Source of the DNA: Thermoanaerobaculia bacterium
Lineage (GTDB): Bacteria > Acidobacteriota > Thermoanaerobaculia > UBA5066 > Gp7-AA6
DNA length: 61,574 nucleotides
Assembly (NCBI GenBank): GCA_033853815.1
Contig: JAWOLE010000065.1
Location: forward strand, 1-61,574
Direction of reading: 5' to 3'
Both the position numbers and the translations under genes were made by a program. Of this stretch, positions 41,831 to 51,572 are shown in pieces. A model generated the notes under the pieces. It saw only the letters and a program-made list of their open reading frames with translations, ran no database searches and was not told the origin of the DNA. Every line of letters begins with the position of its first letter. Within the stretch, counting starts at the first letter, position 1.

Positions 41831-42429
41831 GTGACGCCGTCATCACCGTTCCCTCGGTCGAAGACGCGGAAAAGGTGCGCTCGATCGCCGGCCACATGCG
41901 CCGGGTGATCGAGCTGCTGGGCCTCGATGCCTCCGACCCCAATCTCGTCGAGACGCCGGAGCGCGTGGCGAAGATGTACCTGGAAATGTTCGGCGGTCTG
42001 GCGGAAGGCGCGGAGCCCGACATCAAGTTCTTCCCCAACGAGGAACGCTACACGGCGATGGTCATCGAGAAGGACATCCCCTTCTACTCGCTCTGCTCCC
42101 ATCACTTCGTCCCGTTCCACGGGCACGCGCACGTCGCCTACATTCCCAAGGAGAAGATCGTCGGGCTCTCCAAGATGCCGCGGATCGTCGAGTTCTACGC
42201 CCGCCGGCCGCAGCTGCAGGAGCGCCTGACCGAGCAGGTGGCGGGGTTCCTGGCGGAGAAGCTGTCGCCGCAGGGAGTCATGGTCGTCGTCGAGGCGAGG
42301 CACCTCTGCGTCGAGATGCGCGGCGTCAAGAAGCCCGGAGCCCTGACCGTCACCTCCGCCATCCGCGGGATCTTCTTCAACAGGCCGGTGCGGGAGGAGT
42401 TCCTGGACCTGTTGAACCGGCGAGGCTGA
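41827..42429 (+). CDS. folE: GTP cyclohydrolase I
   Basis: [10 protein letters not shown] and [11 protein letters not shown] blocks. ATGA overlap with the peroxiredoxin gene. Confidence 0.93.
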   Translation: MSDAVITVPSVEDAEKVRSIAGHMRRVIELLGLDASDPNLVETPERVAKMYLEMFGGLAEGAEPDIKFFPNEERYTAMVIEKDIPFYSLCSHHFVPFHGHAHVAYIPKEKIVGLSKMPRIVEFYARRPQLQERLTEQVAGFLAEKLSPQGVMVVVEARHLCVEMRGVKKPGALTVTSAIRGIFFNRPVREEFLDLLNRRG

Positions 42430-42432
42430 AGG

Positions 42433-42473
42433 AGAATTGATGATTGATGATTCGAGGATCGGTAGTGATTCGG
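42433..42473. repeat. 7-8 nt array GATTGAT-type x5
   Basis: gaattga tgattga tgattcg aggatcgg tagtgattcgg, directly after the folE stop. Confidence 0.8.
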
Positions 42474-42479
42474 CCCGCA

Positions 42480-42527
42480 TCCTAATTTCGTTAGGAGATT
42501 TGCTAGAAAATCCTAATAAAATTAGAA
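42480..42527. terminator. Two short AT-rich hairpins in the convergent folE/BtuF-like spacer
   Basis: TCCTAA-tttcg-TTAGGA (42480-42496) and (T)CCTAAT-aaa-ATTAG(A)A (42511-42527), in one of the most AT-rich spacers seen in the window. Confidence 0.35.
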
Positions 42528-42542
42528 GCAGCTCAATTCGCA

Positions 42543-42575
42543 GATCACCCGATCACAAATCACAAATTTCTGATC
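42543..42575. repeat. 7-8 nt array ATCACNN x4
   Basis: gatcaccc gatcacaa atcacaa atttctg. Overlaps the last codons and the stop (42560-42562) of the BtuF-like gene. Confidence 0.8.
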
Positions 42576-43330
42576 GTCTCTCTCAGCCTCCTCATCGCCC
42601 TGAGCCCGTCCAGGGTCCGGACTCCGTGCCAGCAGTAGTCGTCGCCCTCGACGAAGAGGCGGACGCGCTCGCGGCCGAAGAGCCGTTCGGTCAGGGGCCC
42701 GTGCCTGTCCTGGCGAAACGGGTAGGGCTCGCTCGGAAAGAAGTGCACGTCGGCGCCGCGAGCAAGCGAGGCCTCCGGTGTTGACGTCGGATAGCGGTCC
42801 GCTTCGCGGCCGTACGCGTTGACCCCGCCGGCCAGTCGGAGGAGATCCGCCACGTAGGTGTCGTCCGAGACGGTCATCCAGGGGTCTTTCCAGATCCAGT
42901 AGGCGTAGAGAAAGGGCGCCGGGGCCGGCTCGGCCGCGAGCGCCGCGTGCTCCTCCTCGATCCTGCGCGCCAGGGCCTCGGCTTCGGTCTCCGATCCCTC
43001 CCCCAGCCTCTCTCCCCACTGCCGGACGGCCGCCGGCACGTCCTCGACAGTCTTGGAGAACGTCACGTCTACCTCGATCCCGGCCTCGCGAAGCGCCCGC
43101 ACGTCCTCGATCCGATTCTCCTCCTCGTTGGCAAAGACCAGGTCGGGCTTCAGGGCCAGGATGCGTGGGAGGTCCGGGTTCTTGGTGCCACCGATCCGGG
43201 GAAGCCCCCAGAGCATCCCCTTGGGCCGCACGCAGAAGCGCGTCGCGCCGGCGAGGCGCTTCAAGCCACCGATCGCGACGAGCGTCTCCGTGATCGAGGG
43301 ACAGAGGGAAACGACCCGGCGCGGCGGCAT
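42560..43330 (-). CDS. BtuF-like periplasmic-binding-fold (cobalamin/iron-siderophore type) protein
   Basis: VVSLCPSITETLVAIGG and KPDLVFA blocks typical of cluster-A binding proteins. No obvious signal peptide. Confidence 0.7.
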   Translation of the reverse strand: MPPRRVVSLCPSITETLVAIGGLKRLAGATRFCVRPKGMLWGLPRIGGTKNPDLPRILALKPDLVFANEEENRIEDVRALREAGIEVDVTFSKTVEDVPAAVRQWGERLGEGSETEAEALARRIEEEHAALAAEPAPAPFLYAYWIWKDPWMTVSDDTYVADLLRLAGGVNAYGREADRYPTSTPEASLARGADVHFFPSEPYPFRQDRHGPLTERLFGRERVRLFVEGDDYCWHGVRTLDGLRAMRRLRETIRNL

Positions 43331-43348
43331 GCGGGAAACGGCAGCCGG

Positions 43349-46300
43349 CTACGCCACGCGCACCTGCTGGCGAGTCGCGGGAGAGACACGCTCGTCCGGC
43401 GTGAGGATTCCCCGGAAGTTCAAGGGATCCGCCGCGGAGACGGTCAGGGCCGCGGGCTCCTCGGACGAGGTGCGCCGGCGAACCGCGCGCAGGAGCGCCA
43501 CGGCCTCGGGCAGCGCGTACTGCTCGCCGTCGAATCCGGCCACGAAACGCCCGCCCCGGACTTCTCCCCGCGCTTCGAGCGTGCGCAGCGTCCGCGCGAT
43601 GTCGCGCCAGGGAACCGGAAGCCTCTCGCGGGCCAGCGTCTTCCGGAAAACGACCCCTGTGCGCGCGAGCAACCTGCGAGCCGCGAACTCGGCCGAGGGC
43701 GCGGCTTCACCGGACCGCCGGATCAGGCTCCAGCGCCCTGCCGTAGGCCCGCCAGCTTTCCGCCGCGAGGCTGGAACGATCAGCCACCGCAGCCCGCCGA
43801 AGGAGTCGCACGTCACGCGGCCAAGAGCAATCAGGTCGGCCAGCCCGGCCTCGACGAAGGAAGGGGGCATCCGCGTCGCGCGGACGAGTTCCTGCAGGAA
43901 CATGGCCCCCCGAGACGCCAGGGCCTCATGGACCTCCAGCGCCCCCCCGGTCGGCTCGCGGCACTCTCCCTGCCCGGCCAGGGCAGCCCAGCTCTCCAGG
44001 TCTTCGCGCGGAACGAGGCAGATCGGCGTGCGGCGCACGGCGTTCGCCCCTCCACCCCAGAGCCTGCCCCAGGCGATCTCTCCGGAGAGGGTCAGCTGGT
44101 CGAGCCAGTCGCGCCGGTAGCCTCGCACGCGCGCCGGCAGCACGCTCCCTTCCCAGGCCGCGGCGGCGACCTCGAAGCCCGCGAGCTGGATGACGATCTG
44201 AGCCACGCCTCGCGGGCCCTCCAGGCGGTACTCGGGGTCCACGTGCTGCCAGCAGGCGAGGAAGCGCAGGAACTGCGCCGCCGTCACGGGCTCGATCTCC
44301 TTGCGCAGGCGGTCGAGCGTGTACCGGTGGATGCGGGCGAGAAGCCGCCGGTCGCACCAGGCGGGGCGGCCGTCGATCCTCGTGCGCAGGACCACACCCT
44401 CGCTTTCGAGCGCCAGCATGAGCGGGTCTTCGCTCGCGATCGGGCCGAGAGCCTCCATGCGGCCTCGCAGGACGGCCTTCGGATCCCGCGTCGCCTCGGC
44501 GGCGAACCAGCGCTCGCCTTCCCGGACGGCGCGGCCGGCCGCGGCGAGCTCCTCGAGCCAGGGCTTCCAGGGCCTCGCCTCCGCCTCGGTGACATAGCCC
44601 ATCCAGAGGAGCGCCTCGTGGAGCTCCTCGGCGTCGGCCGGCTGCGGCCAGGCCTCTTCTCTGACCCGCGCGATGGCCTCAAGGTCGAGGTTGCCGAGCC
44701 CATCGGCCGTCGCGACGTCCAGGACTCGCCGGGAGAAGACCGCCTGCGTGCGCCGCTCCTCCAGGGGCGCGTCGTCCAGGAAGGTGTAGACCTGCGAGGA
44801 CAGGATGCCGCGCGCGAAGGCCGAAGGCTCGGCCGTGTCCACGGCACGGCGCTCGATCGAGCCGTCTCTCAAACCCCGAAGCACCTCGAGGAAGCCCTCG
44901 ACGTCCATGGCCTCCGTCAGACAGTCCTCGATCGTCTGCCGGACGATGGGATGATCCATCGGGACCTCAATGGGGCCTCCCGGCAGCGTCTCGGGACAGG
45001 CCAGGACCTCGGGGAAGGCTCCCGCGAGAAGATCGTTGGCGCGCATCCGCAGGAGAGGCGCCGGGACCTTCTTGCCGCCCCTCGAGCGCTCGAGCAGGAG
45101 CGAACGCTGCGCGTTCCAGCGCCACCTGGTCTCGAAGAGCGGGGTCGCCAGGACCGCCTGCACGAGGACCTCGCGAGCACTCTCGGGATAAAGATAGTCA
45201 AAGACCCCTTCGAGCTCGAAGCTGTGCTGAGGTCCCAGAGACAGCACGATCGCTTCTTCGTTGGCTGCGGCCTGAAGCTCGAAGCCGAAGCCCACGCAGA
45301 AGCGCTTGCGAAGCGCCAGACCCCAGGCCCGGTTGATCCGGGACCCGAAGGGCGCGTGCACGACGAGCTGCATGCCGCCGCTCTCGTCGAAGAATCGCTC
45401 GAGGATCACGCGGCGGCGCGTCGGGACGGCGCCCAGGACCCTCCGGCCCGCCTCGACGTATTCGGCGATCTGGGTCGCGCCGGCCTCCGGCAGCGCGTCC
45501 CCGCAGCTCGAACCGAGCGCCTTCGGGCCGTCTTCCGCGGCGGCGCACACCTCACGCAGCTCCCCGATCTCTTCGGCGAGCTCGCGCGTGCGGCCCGGGC
45601 CCTCGCCCAGCCAGAACGGCAGAGAGGGCGGCTGGCCCCGGGCGTCCGCCACCCGGACGATGCCCGGCTCGATGCGCAGAACCCGCCAGGAGGCGTTGCC
45701 GAGCTGGAAGATGTCGCCGCGGTTGGATTCGACCGCCCAGTCCTCATTGACGGTCCCGACCAGAGTCCCCTCGGGCTCCAGCCGCACCTGGTAGTCGGCG
45801 GTATCCGGGATCGCTCCGCCCGAGAGAAGCGCCGCCAGACGCGCCCGGCGCGTGGCCATCAGGCGGCCGCCGATGCCGTCGCGATGGAGAAGCGCGCGCC
45901 GTCCGCGCGTGTGGAGCGCGACGACCGAGTCGAACTCCTCGCGCGTCAGGTCCCGGTACGGCCAGGCGCTGCGGACGAGCTGGAAGAGAGTCTCCTCCTC
46001 CCAGTCCTCCGGGACGCAGGCCGCGACGATCTGCTGCGCCAGGATGTCCAGGGGCCTCGGCGGCACCGGCGTCCGGTCGAGGATGCCGCTGCGGATCGAG
46101 CGGAGGATCGCCGCCCCCTCCACCAGCTCGTCGAGTGTCAGCGGGAAGAGCCGGCCCTTCGGCACCCGCCGCAGGGCGTGTCCCGAGCGGCCCACGCGCT
46201 GGAGGAAGGTGGCGATCGACCGCGTCGCGCCCACCTGGAGGACCAGGTCCACGTCGCCGATGTCGATGCCGAGCTCGAGCGAGGCCGTCGCCACGAGCGC

Positions 46301-47248
46301 CCGCAGCCTGCCGGCCTTCAGCCTCTCTTCCGCCTCGAGGCGGCGCTCCCGCGAGAGGCTGCCGTGGTGGCTGGTGACCGCCTCCTCGCCGAGGAGCCTC
46401 GTCAACTGAGCGGCGATCCGCTCGGCCATCTTGCGCGTGTTGACGAAGACGAGGGTCGTCCGGTGCTCGCGGACGAGGTCCGCCATCCGGGCGTAGATCT
46501 CCTCCCACTGCTCGTGGGAGCAGACGGCCGCCAGCGGCGAGGGGGGCACCTCGAGCGCGAGATCGAGTTCGCGGAAGGTGCCGGCGTCCACGAGCGCGCA
46601 CTCCCGGCCGTCGCCCGCGAGGAAGCGGCCGACTTCGTCCAGAGGTTTCTGAGTGGCCGAAAGCCCGACTCGCTGAATCGGTCCCCCGGCGAGCTTCTCC
46701 AGCCGCTCGAGCGACAGGGCCAGATGGCTCCCCCGCTTGTCGCGCACGAGGGCGTGGATCTCGTCCACGATGACGGTCCGGACTGTCGCCAGCATGCCCC
46801 GGCCGCCGGCGCTCGTCAGGAGCAGGTAGAGGGATTCCGGCGTCGTCACGAGGATGTGCGGCGGCCGGCGGGCCATGGAGGCGCGCTCGCCCGAAGGCGT
46901 GTCGCCGGTGCGCACGAGGACGCGAATCTCGGGAAGCGAGGGATCGGCGGCGCGGATCTCGGCGAGCGGGGCCTGCAGGTTCTTCTGGACGTCGTTGGAA
47001 AGCGCCCGCAGCGGAGAGACGTAGAGGACCTGGGTCGCGTCCTTCAATGCCGGGCCCTGGCGAAACAGCGAGTCGATGGCCGAAAGGAACGCCGCGAGGG
47101 TCTTGCCGGAGCCCGTGGGCGCGGCGATCAGGGTGTTCCGGCCCTCGCGGATCCGGGGCCAGCCTTCGCGCTGCGGCGGCGTCGGCTCTCCCAGGCGCTC
47201 GCTGAACCATCTCCGGACCGCAGGGTGGAAGGAAGACAGGAGAGCCAC
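43349..47248 (-). CDS. lhr: Lhr-like large ATP-dependent DEAD/DEAH-box helicase
   Basis: APTGSGKTLAAF (motif I), VDEIHAL (motif II), LSAT, QRVGRSGH (motif VI), long C-terminal extension. GTG start at 47248. Confidence 0.88.
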   Translation of the reverse strand: MALLSSFHPAVRRWFSERLGEPTPPQREGWPRIREGRNTLIAAPTGSGKTLAAFLSAIDSLFRQGPALKDATQVLYVSPLRALSNDVQKNLQAPLAEIRAADPSLPEIRVLVRTGDTPSGERASMARRPPHILVTTPESLYLLLTSAGGRGMLATVRTVIVDEIHALVRDKRGSHLALSLERLEKLAGGPIQRVGLSATQKPLDEVGRFLAGDGRECALVDAGTFRELDLALEVPPSPLAAVCSHEQWEEIYARMADLVREHRTTLVFVNTRKMAERIAAQLTRLLGEEAVTSHHGSLSRERRLEAEERLKAGRLRALVATASLELGIDIGDVDLVLQVGATRSIATFLQRVGRSGHALRRVPKGRLFPLTLDELVEGAAILRSIRSGILDRTPVPPRPLDILAQQIVAACVPEDWEEETLFQLVRSAWPYRDLTREEFDSVVALHTRGRRALLHRDGIGGRLMATRRARLAALLSGGAIPDTADYQVRLEPEGTLVGTVNEDWAVESNRGDIFQLGNASWRVLRIEPGIVRVADARGQPPSLPFWLGEGPGRTRELAEEIGELREVCAAAEDGPKALGSSCGDALPEAGATQIAEYVEAGRRVLGAVPTRRRVILERFFDESGGMQLVVHAPFGSRINRAWGLALRKRFCVGFGFELQAAANEEAIVLSLGPQHSFELEGVFDYLYPESAREVLVQAVLATPLFETRWRWNAQRSLLLERSRGGKKVPAPLLRMRANDLLAGAFPEVLACPETLPGGPIEVPMDHPIVRQTIEDCLTEAMDVEGFLEVLRGLRDGSIERRAVDTAEPSAFARGILSSQVYTFLDDAPLEERRTQAVFSRRVLDVATADGLGNLDLEAIARVREEAWPQPADAEELHEALLWMGYVTEAEARPWKPWLEELAAAGRAVREGERWFAAEATRDPKAVLRGRMEALGPIASEDPLMLALESEGVVLRTRIDGRPAWCDRRLLARIHRYTLDRLRKEIEPVTAAQFLRFLACWQHVDPEYRLEGPRGVAQIVIQLAGFEVAAAAWEGSVLPARVRGYRRDWLDQLTLSGEIAWGRLWGGGANAVRRTPICLVPREDLESWAALAGQGECREPTGGALEVHEALASRGAMFLQELVRATRMPPSFVEAGLADLIALGRVTCDSFGGLRWLIVPASRRKAGGPTAGRWSLIRRSGEAAPSAEFAARRLLARTGVVFRKTLARERLPVPWRDIARTLRTLEARGEVRGGRFVAGFDGEQYALPEAVALLRAVRRRTSSEEPAALTVSAADPLNFRGILTPDERVSPATRQQVRVA

Positions 47249-47304
47249 GGGCCCATATTAACCGCGCGGAGCGTTCCTCTCTTCCCCCGGCGACGGTGTT
47301 ACGC

Positions 47305-47675
47305 AAAAGCCGCCCTGGCGCCGTCGGCATTTTCCGCGTCGGCACGCGCCGGCCTGCCCGCAAGACTCCCAACCGGCCGGCGCTGAGGGTTCCTCGCAGT
47401 CTCGCGTAGGCGCCGGTTTCGCTCCTCCATGCTCGTCACCCATCACCTCCTCGGAAAACGCCGCCGTCTCCAGAGCTGATAGCTCCGCTTAAGTGAACCT
47501 GCCAGCCCCGGCGGCGGGACGCCTCCCGGAGGAGGCTTGAGAGAGGGAGCACACCACACAGGATCAGTCGCCTCACTGTCTGTGCGACCGAACGACAAGC
47601 GACGGCCCGGTTCTTGTATTGCGGCAGGGCCGTCGCGTGCCGACCAGGGAGGCGGGCCCGACGCCGGGGCGACGA
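47305..47675 (+). repeat. Family-2 element, copy C
   Basis: Termini CGCGTCGGCACGCG (47335-47348) and CGCGTGCCGACCAGGG (47634-47649). Shares CATGCTCGTCACCCATCACC, GCCCCGGCGGCGGGACGCCTCCCGGAGGAGGC and AGCGACGGCCCGG...GGGCC blocks. Confidence 0.85.
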
Positions 47676-47731
47676 ATTCGCCCACGGTTCAATCAGATGC
47701 TGCCGGCGGTGTGGTACTTTCGCCGGTCTCC

Positions 47732-50700
47732 ATGAATCGGCGCCTCCCAAGCGTCGCCCTGCTGCTCTTCGGGTCGGGGCTGACGGCCCTGATCTACCAG
47801 GTCGCGTGGATGCGGGAGCTGCGGCTCGTCTTCGGCTTCTCGACGGCCGCCTCCGCGGCGGTGGTCGCGATCTTCATGGGAGGCCTGGGCCTGGGAGGAT
47901 GGCTCCTGGGCCGGAAGGCCGACGCCGCCGGAAATCCCCTCGCGTTCTACGGCCGTCTGGAGCTCGGGGTGGCCGGCTCGGCGGCGCTGACGCCACTCTG
48001 GGTCTTTCTGGTCCAGAAGGGTTACATCGCGCTCGGAGGGACCTTCGCCCTGGGCCTTTTTGCAGGCACCCTGGTCCGGCTTCTCTTCTCTGCGATCGTG
48101 CTTGGCGTGCCGACCGTGCTGATGGGGGGCACGCTTCCCGCGGCGACGCGGGCGGTCGAAACCTCTCGGGACTCCCGCCGCCGCTTCCTCGCTCTGCTCT
48201 ACGGGTCGAATACTCTCGGGGCCGTCGCCGGAACGCTTCTCTCGACATTCGTGATGCTGGAGTCCTTCGGCACCAGAGAGACGCTCTGGCTTGCCTGCGC
48301 CGTAAACGCCCTCGTGGGGCTGGCGGCGGTCTGGCTCTCCCGGGTCGCCGCTCCCACTCCGGCAGCGAGCGGCGAAACGGCCGAGGCCGCCCAGAAGCGC
48401 CGCGAGGGGGAGCGCCCGGGTTCGCGGGAAGTGAGAGGCCGGGCAGCGGCGCCGCCGGCTGCGCTCCCCAACCGCAGATTCGTGCTCTCCGCGGCCGCCG
48501 GAGTGGGGTTCGCGTTCTTCCTGATGGAGCTCGTGTGGTATCGGATGCTCGCGCCGCTGCTCGGCGGCTCGACGTACACCTTCGGCCTGATTCTGGCGGT
48601 CGCGCTCGCCGGAGTCGGCCTGGGATCGGCGGCCTACTCGCGCTCGGGCCGCGGGCCGGCGAGACTCTCGAGCTTCGCGGCGACGTGCGCGCTGGAGGCC
48701 CTGTGCCTGGCCGTCCCCTACGCTCTCGGCGACAGAATCGCGGTCCTGGCGGCGCAGGTCGGACCGAAAGGGGCTTTCGCGCTGGCCGGCTACGCGGCGG
48801 GATGGTCCCTGGTGGCCGCGATCGTGGTGTTCCCCGCGGCCTTCGTCGCGGGCTTTCAGTTTCCGCTGCTGGTCGCCCTGCTCGGGAAGGGAGACGAGAG
48901 GGTCGGCACGGATGTCGGGCTGGCCTACTTCTGGAACACGGTCGGCGGTATCGCGGGCTCTCTTGCCGGAGGGTTCGGTCTGCTGCCACTGCTGTCGGCG
49001 ACGGGAACCTGGGTGTTTGTCGTCGGTTTCCTCTGCGCCCTCGGTCTCCTCGCCCTCCTCCCTGCCGGGCGCGGCGCCGGATGGAAGGGGCGGGCCTGGT
49101 TCCCCATCGGCACGGCGGCTCTGAGTCTCTTGCTCCTGCTCTCGACAGGCCCGACAGCCGCCTGGCGCCACAGCGCGATCGGGGCCGGGCGCGCAGACCT
49201 TCGAGGGGCATCCCCAAACGCCGTGGAGGAGTGGCTTCGGGACCGGCGGCGGCAGCTGGCCTGGCAGGCCGACGGCCTGGAGTCGAGCGTGGCGGTCCTT
49301 AAGAAACCGGGCGGCTACTCCTTCGCGATCGGGGGCAAGGTGGACGGCAACGTTCGGGACGACGCGCCGACGGGCGTCATGGGCGGGTTGATCGGAGCGG
49401 CGCTCTCTCCGGATCCCCGACGGGCGCTGGTGATCGGGCTCGGTACGGGGGAGACGGCCGGCTGGCTGGGCGCCGTTCCCGGCCTCGACCGGGTGGACGT
49501 GGTCGAGCTCGAGCCGGCGATCCTGCGCGTGGCACGCGATTGCGCGCCCGCCAACCAGAATGTCCTCTCGAACCCCAAGGTGCACGTCGTGATCGGCGAC
49601 GCGCGCGAGTTCCTGCTGACCTCGCGCGAGACCTACGACTTCATCTTCTCCGAACCGTCCAACCCCTACCGGGTCGGCATCTCGAGCCTCTTCACGGAGG
49701 ACTTCTACCGCGCCGCGCGCGCGCGCCTGAAGCCCGGCGGCATCTTCCTCCAGTGGCTGCAGGCCTACGAGGTGGATGCCATCACGGTCCGGACGGTCTA
49801 CCGAACGCTCCTCGCGGCCTTTCCCGAAGTGGAAACGTGGTTCACGCGCCCGGCCGATTTGCTACTCGTCGCGTCGGGCAAGCCGATCGCCTACAACGCC
49901 GCGCGCCTCTCCGAGCGGCTGCGTGCGGAGCCCTTCGTAACCGCCATGGAGGAGGTCTGGCGGGCGAGAGGACTCGAGGGTTTTCTCTCCCACCACCTGG
50001 GGCGCGCCTCTCTGGCCCGGGCGCTCGCCGGGGAGCCGGGCGCGGGAGAGAACAGCGACGACCGCAACCTGGTCGAGTTCGGGTTCGCTCGCAGCCTGGG
50101 ACAGCGCGGCTCCTTCAACGTGGAAGAGCTGCGGCGACGCGCCCGCTCGCGCGGGGAGGACAGGCCCGCCGTCTCAGGAGCCGTGGACTGGGCGGCGGTC
50201 GATCGGTGGCGGGTGACGGCTGTGACCTCGGATGGAGGGGTCCCGCCGGTTGACCCGGACATGACGGGAGAGGCCCTTCGACAGGCTCTCGCCCAGAAGA
50301 GCTTCATCAACGGAGAGGACGCAGTAGTCCTCGCGAACTGGCGCAGGCAGCCCTGGGAGCCGGTCGGGTCGGTCGAGGAGTTCGTCGTGGCGGAAGCCCT
50401 CGCCCAGGGAGGAGACGAGGGGGCGATCGCCTGGATCGACCGGCTGCGCGCGCCGCACCCGGTCGAAGCCGACCTCCTTCTTGCGCGCCTGCGCTGGGCG
50501 CAGGGGCGCCCGCAGGAGGCCGTCGATGCCCTCGAACGCGCCTTCGCCGCCTATCGCCGCGATCCGTGGCCTCTGCTGACGGCAGTCCGCAACGCCTTCC
50601 CGATGGTGCACGACATCGCCACGAAGGACGAGCGCCTCGCCGCCCGGCTCTGCGACGCCCTGGCGCACCCCTTCGCCGTCGCCCTGCTCGACGACGAGCG

Positions 50701-50923
50701 GCGTCTCGTGCGGCTCGACGTCGCGTCCCGGGTGGGTCCCGGCCGTTACGCTGAGGTCGTGGAGGAGATGGAGCCGAACGTCCCCTGGCGGTGGGGAATT
50801 CTCGAGCTGCGGGCGCGAGCCTACGCGGAGACCGGCAACCCTCGCGCGGCTCTGGCGAAGCGAGAACTCGACAGGTTCATCGACCAGGAGCCCCGTCGCC
50901 CCGTCCGGCCGGCGTCTCCGTGA
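47732..50923 (+). CDS. Fused polytopic membrane / spermidine-synthase-like methyltransferase-fold protein with helical C-terminal domain
   Basis: ATG 47732 (MNRRLPSVALLLFGSGLTALIYQVAWMRE), about 14 TMs, VIGLGTGETAGW and IFSEPSNPY blocks. The 65 aa upstream in the track ORF lie inside a repeat element. Confidence 0.8.
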   Translation: MNRRLPSVALLLFGSGLTALIYQVAWMRELRLVFGFSTAASAAVVAIFMGGLGLGGWLLGRKADAAGNPLAFYGRLELGVAGSAALTPLWVFLVQKGYIALGGTFALGLFAGTLVRLLFSAIVLGVPTVLMGGTLPAATRAVETSRDSRRRFLALLYGSNTLGAVAGTLLSTFVMLESFGTRETLWLACAVNALVGLAAVWLSRVAAPTPAASGETAEAAQKRREGERPGSREVRGRAAAPPAALPNRRFVLSAAAGVGFAFFLMELVWYRMLAPLLGGSTYTFGLILAVALAGVGLGSAAYSRSGRGPARLSSFAATCALEALCLAVPYALGDRIAVLAAQVGPKGAFALAGYAAGWSLVAAIVVFPAAFVAGFQFPLLVALLGKGDERVGTDVGLAYFWNTVGGIAGSLAGGFGLLPLLSATGTWVFVVGFLCALGLLALLPAGRGAGWKGRAWFPIGTAALSLLLLLSTGPTAAWRHSAIGAGRADLRGASPNAVEEWLRDRRRQLAWQADGLESSVAVLKKPGGYSFAIGGKVDGNVRDDAPTGVMGGLIGAALSPDPRRALVIGLGTGETAGWLGAVPGLDRVDVVELEPAILRVARDCAPANQNVLSNPKVHVVIGDAREFLLTSRETYDFIFSEPSNPYRVGISSLFTEDFYRAARARLKPGGIFLQWLQAYEVDAITVRTVYRTLLAAFPEVETWFTRPADLLLVASGKPIAYNAARLSERLRAEPFVTAMEEVWRARGLEGFLSHHLGRASLARALAGEPGAGENSDDRNLVEFGFARSLGQRGSFNVEELRRRARSRGEDRPAVSGAVDWAAVDRWRVTAVTSDGGVPPVDPDMTGEALRQALAQKSFINGEDAVVLANWRRQPWEPVGSVEEFVVAEALAQGGDEGAIAWIDRLRAPHPVEADLLLARLRWAQGRPQEAVDALERAFAAYRRDPWPLLTAVRNAFPMVHDIATKDERLAARLCDALAHPFAVALLDDERRLVRLDVASRVGPGRYAEVVEEMEPNVPWRWGILELRARAYAETGNPRAALAKRELDRFIDQEPRRPVRPASP

Positions 50924-50944
50924 GGCGATGGCTAAGGGAACTTC

Positions 50945-51541
50945 TCAGGCTCCCTTGCGCATGTACTTCCAGTTCCGCGGCTTGCCCTGGGCCATCCACT
51001 CGACCGCGGTGCCCAGCCGCTTCCTGCGAGTCTCCCCGGTCTTCGCCTCGGTGATCCACTCGATGTACTCCCTCCTGTGGCTCGGCGAGAACCCCTCGAA
51101 GGTGGCCCGGGCCTTCGCGTTCTTCTTCAGGGCCGCGGCGAGGTCCGCCGGCGTCCCGGGCGGTTTCTTCGCGCCGCGGGCCTTGCGCGGGACCTTCATG
51201 CCGGCGTCGTTCAAGCGGGCCGCCTCGCGCACGTAACCGAGAAGAACGCGGTCCTCCGGAAGATCCGCGAGCGAGGTCAGCCGGCCAAACTGGCCCATGG
51301 CCTCCGGGTTCCGCTCGAGGACGAGCTTGTTCTTCCAGAATCCGAGGGCGCAGTGTCCCTTGAAGGCGGCCATGCCGCAGAGCATCCCCTTGTAATCGAA
51401 GTGCGGCATGCCCCACCTGATCGTTTCCTCGACCTCAGGGCAGCCCCTGTGGACGATCTCCCGAAGGTGTCGCAGGATCGGCTTGGCGAAGTCCGCCGAA
51501 TTGGCGATGTAGGCGTCCACCCGAGGATCCTTCTTCGCCAT
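50945..51541 (-). CDS. YdeI/DUF1801-type protein
   Basis: GGAGG RBS then ATG 51541 (MAKKDPRVDAYIANSADFAKPILRHLR...). The C-terminal half resembles the YdeI/OmpD-associated family. Confidence 0.7.
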   Translation of the reverse strand: MAKKDPRVDAYIANSADFAKPILRHLREIVHRGCPEVEETIRWGMPHFDYKGMLCGMAAFKGHCALGFWKNKLVLERNPEAMGQFGRLTSLADLPEDRVLLGYVREAARLNDAGMKVPRKARGAKKPPGTPADLAAALKKNAKARATFEGFSPSHRREYIEWITEAKTGETRRKRLGTAVEWMAQGKPRNWKYMRKGA

Positions 51542-51572
51542 TTTCGAGCCTCCTTCGAGAATCTCTGTCACC

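Noticed and set aside
47520-47545. Resemblance of GGCGGGACGCCTCCCGGAGGAGGC in the family-2 elements to the GGGACGCAAAGCCUCCGG core of c-di-GMP-I (GEMM) riboswitches.
   Set aside because: The other GEMM features (GGCAAA / GAAA tetraloop-receptor arrangement, paired P1/P2 helices of the right size) are not present around it.
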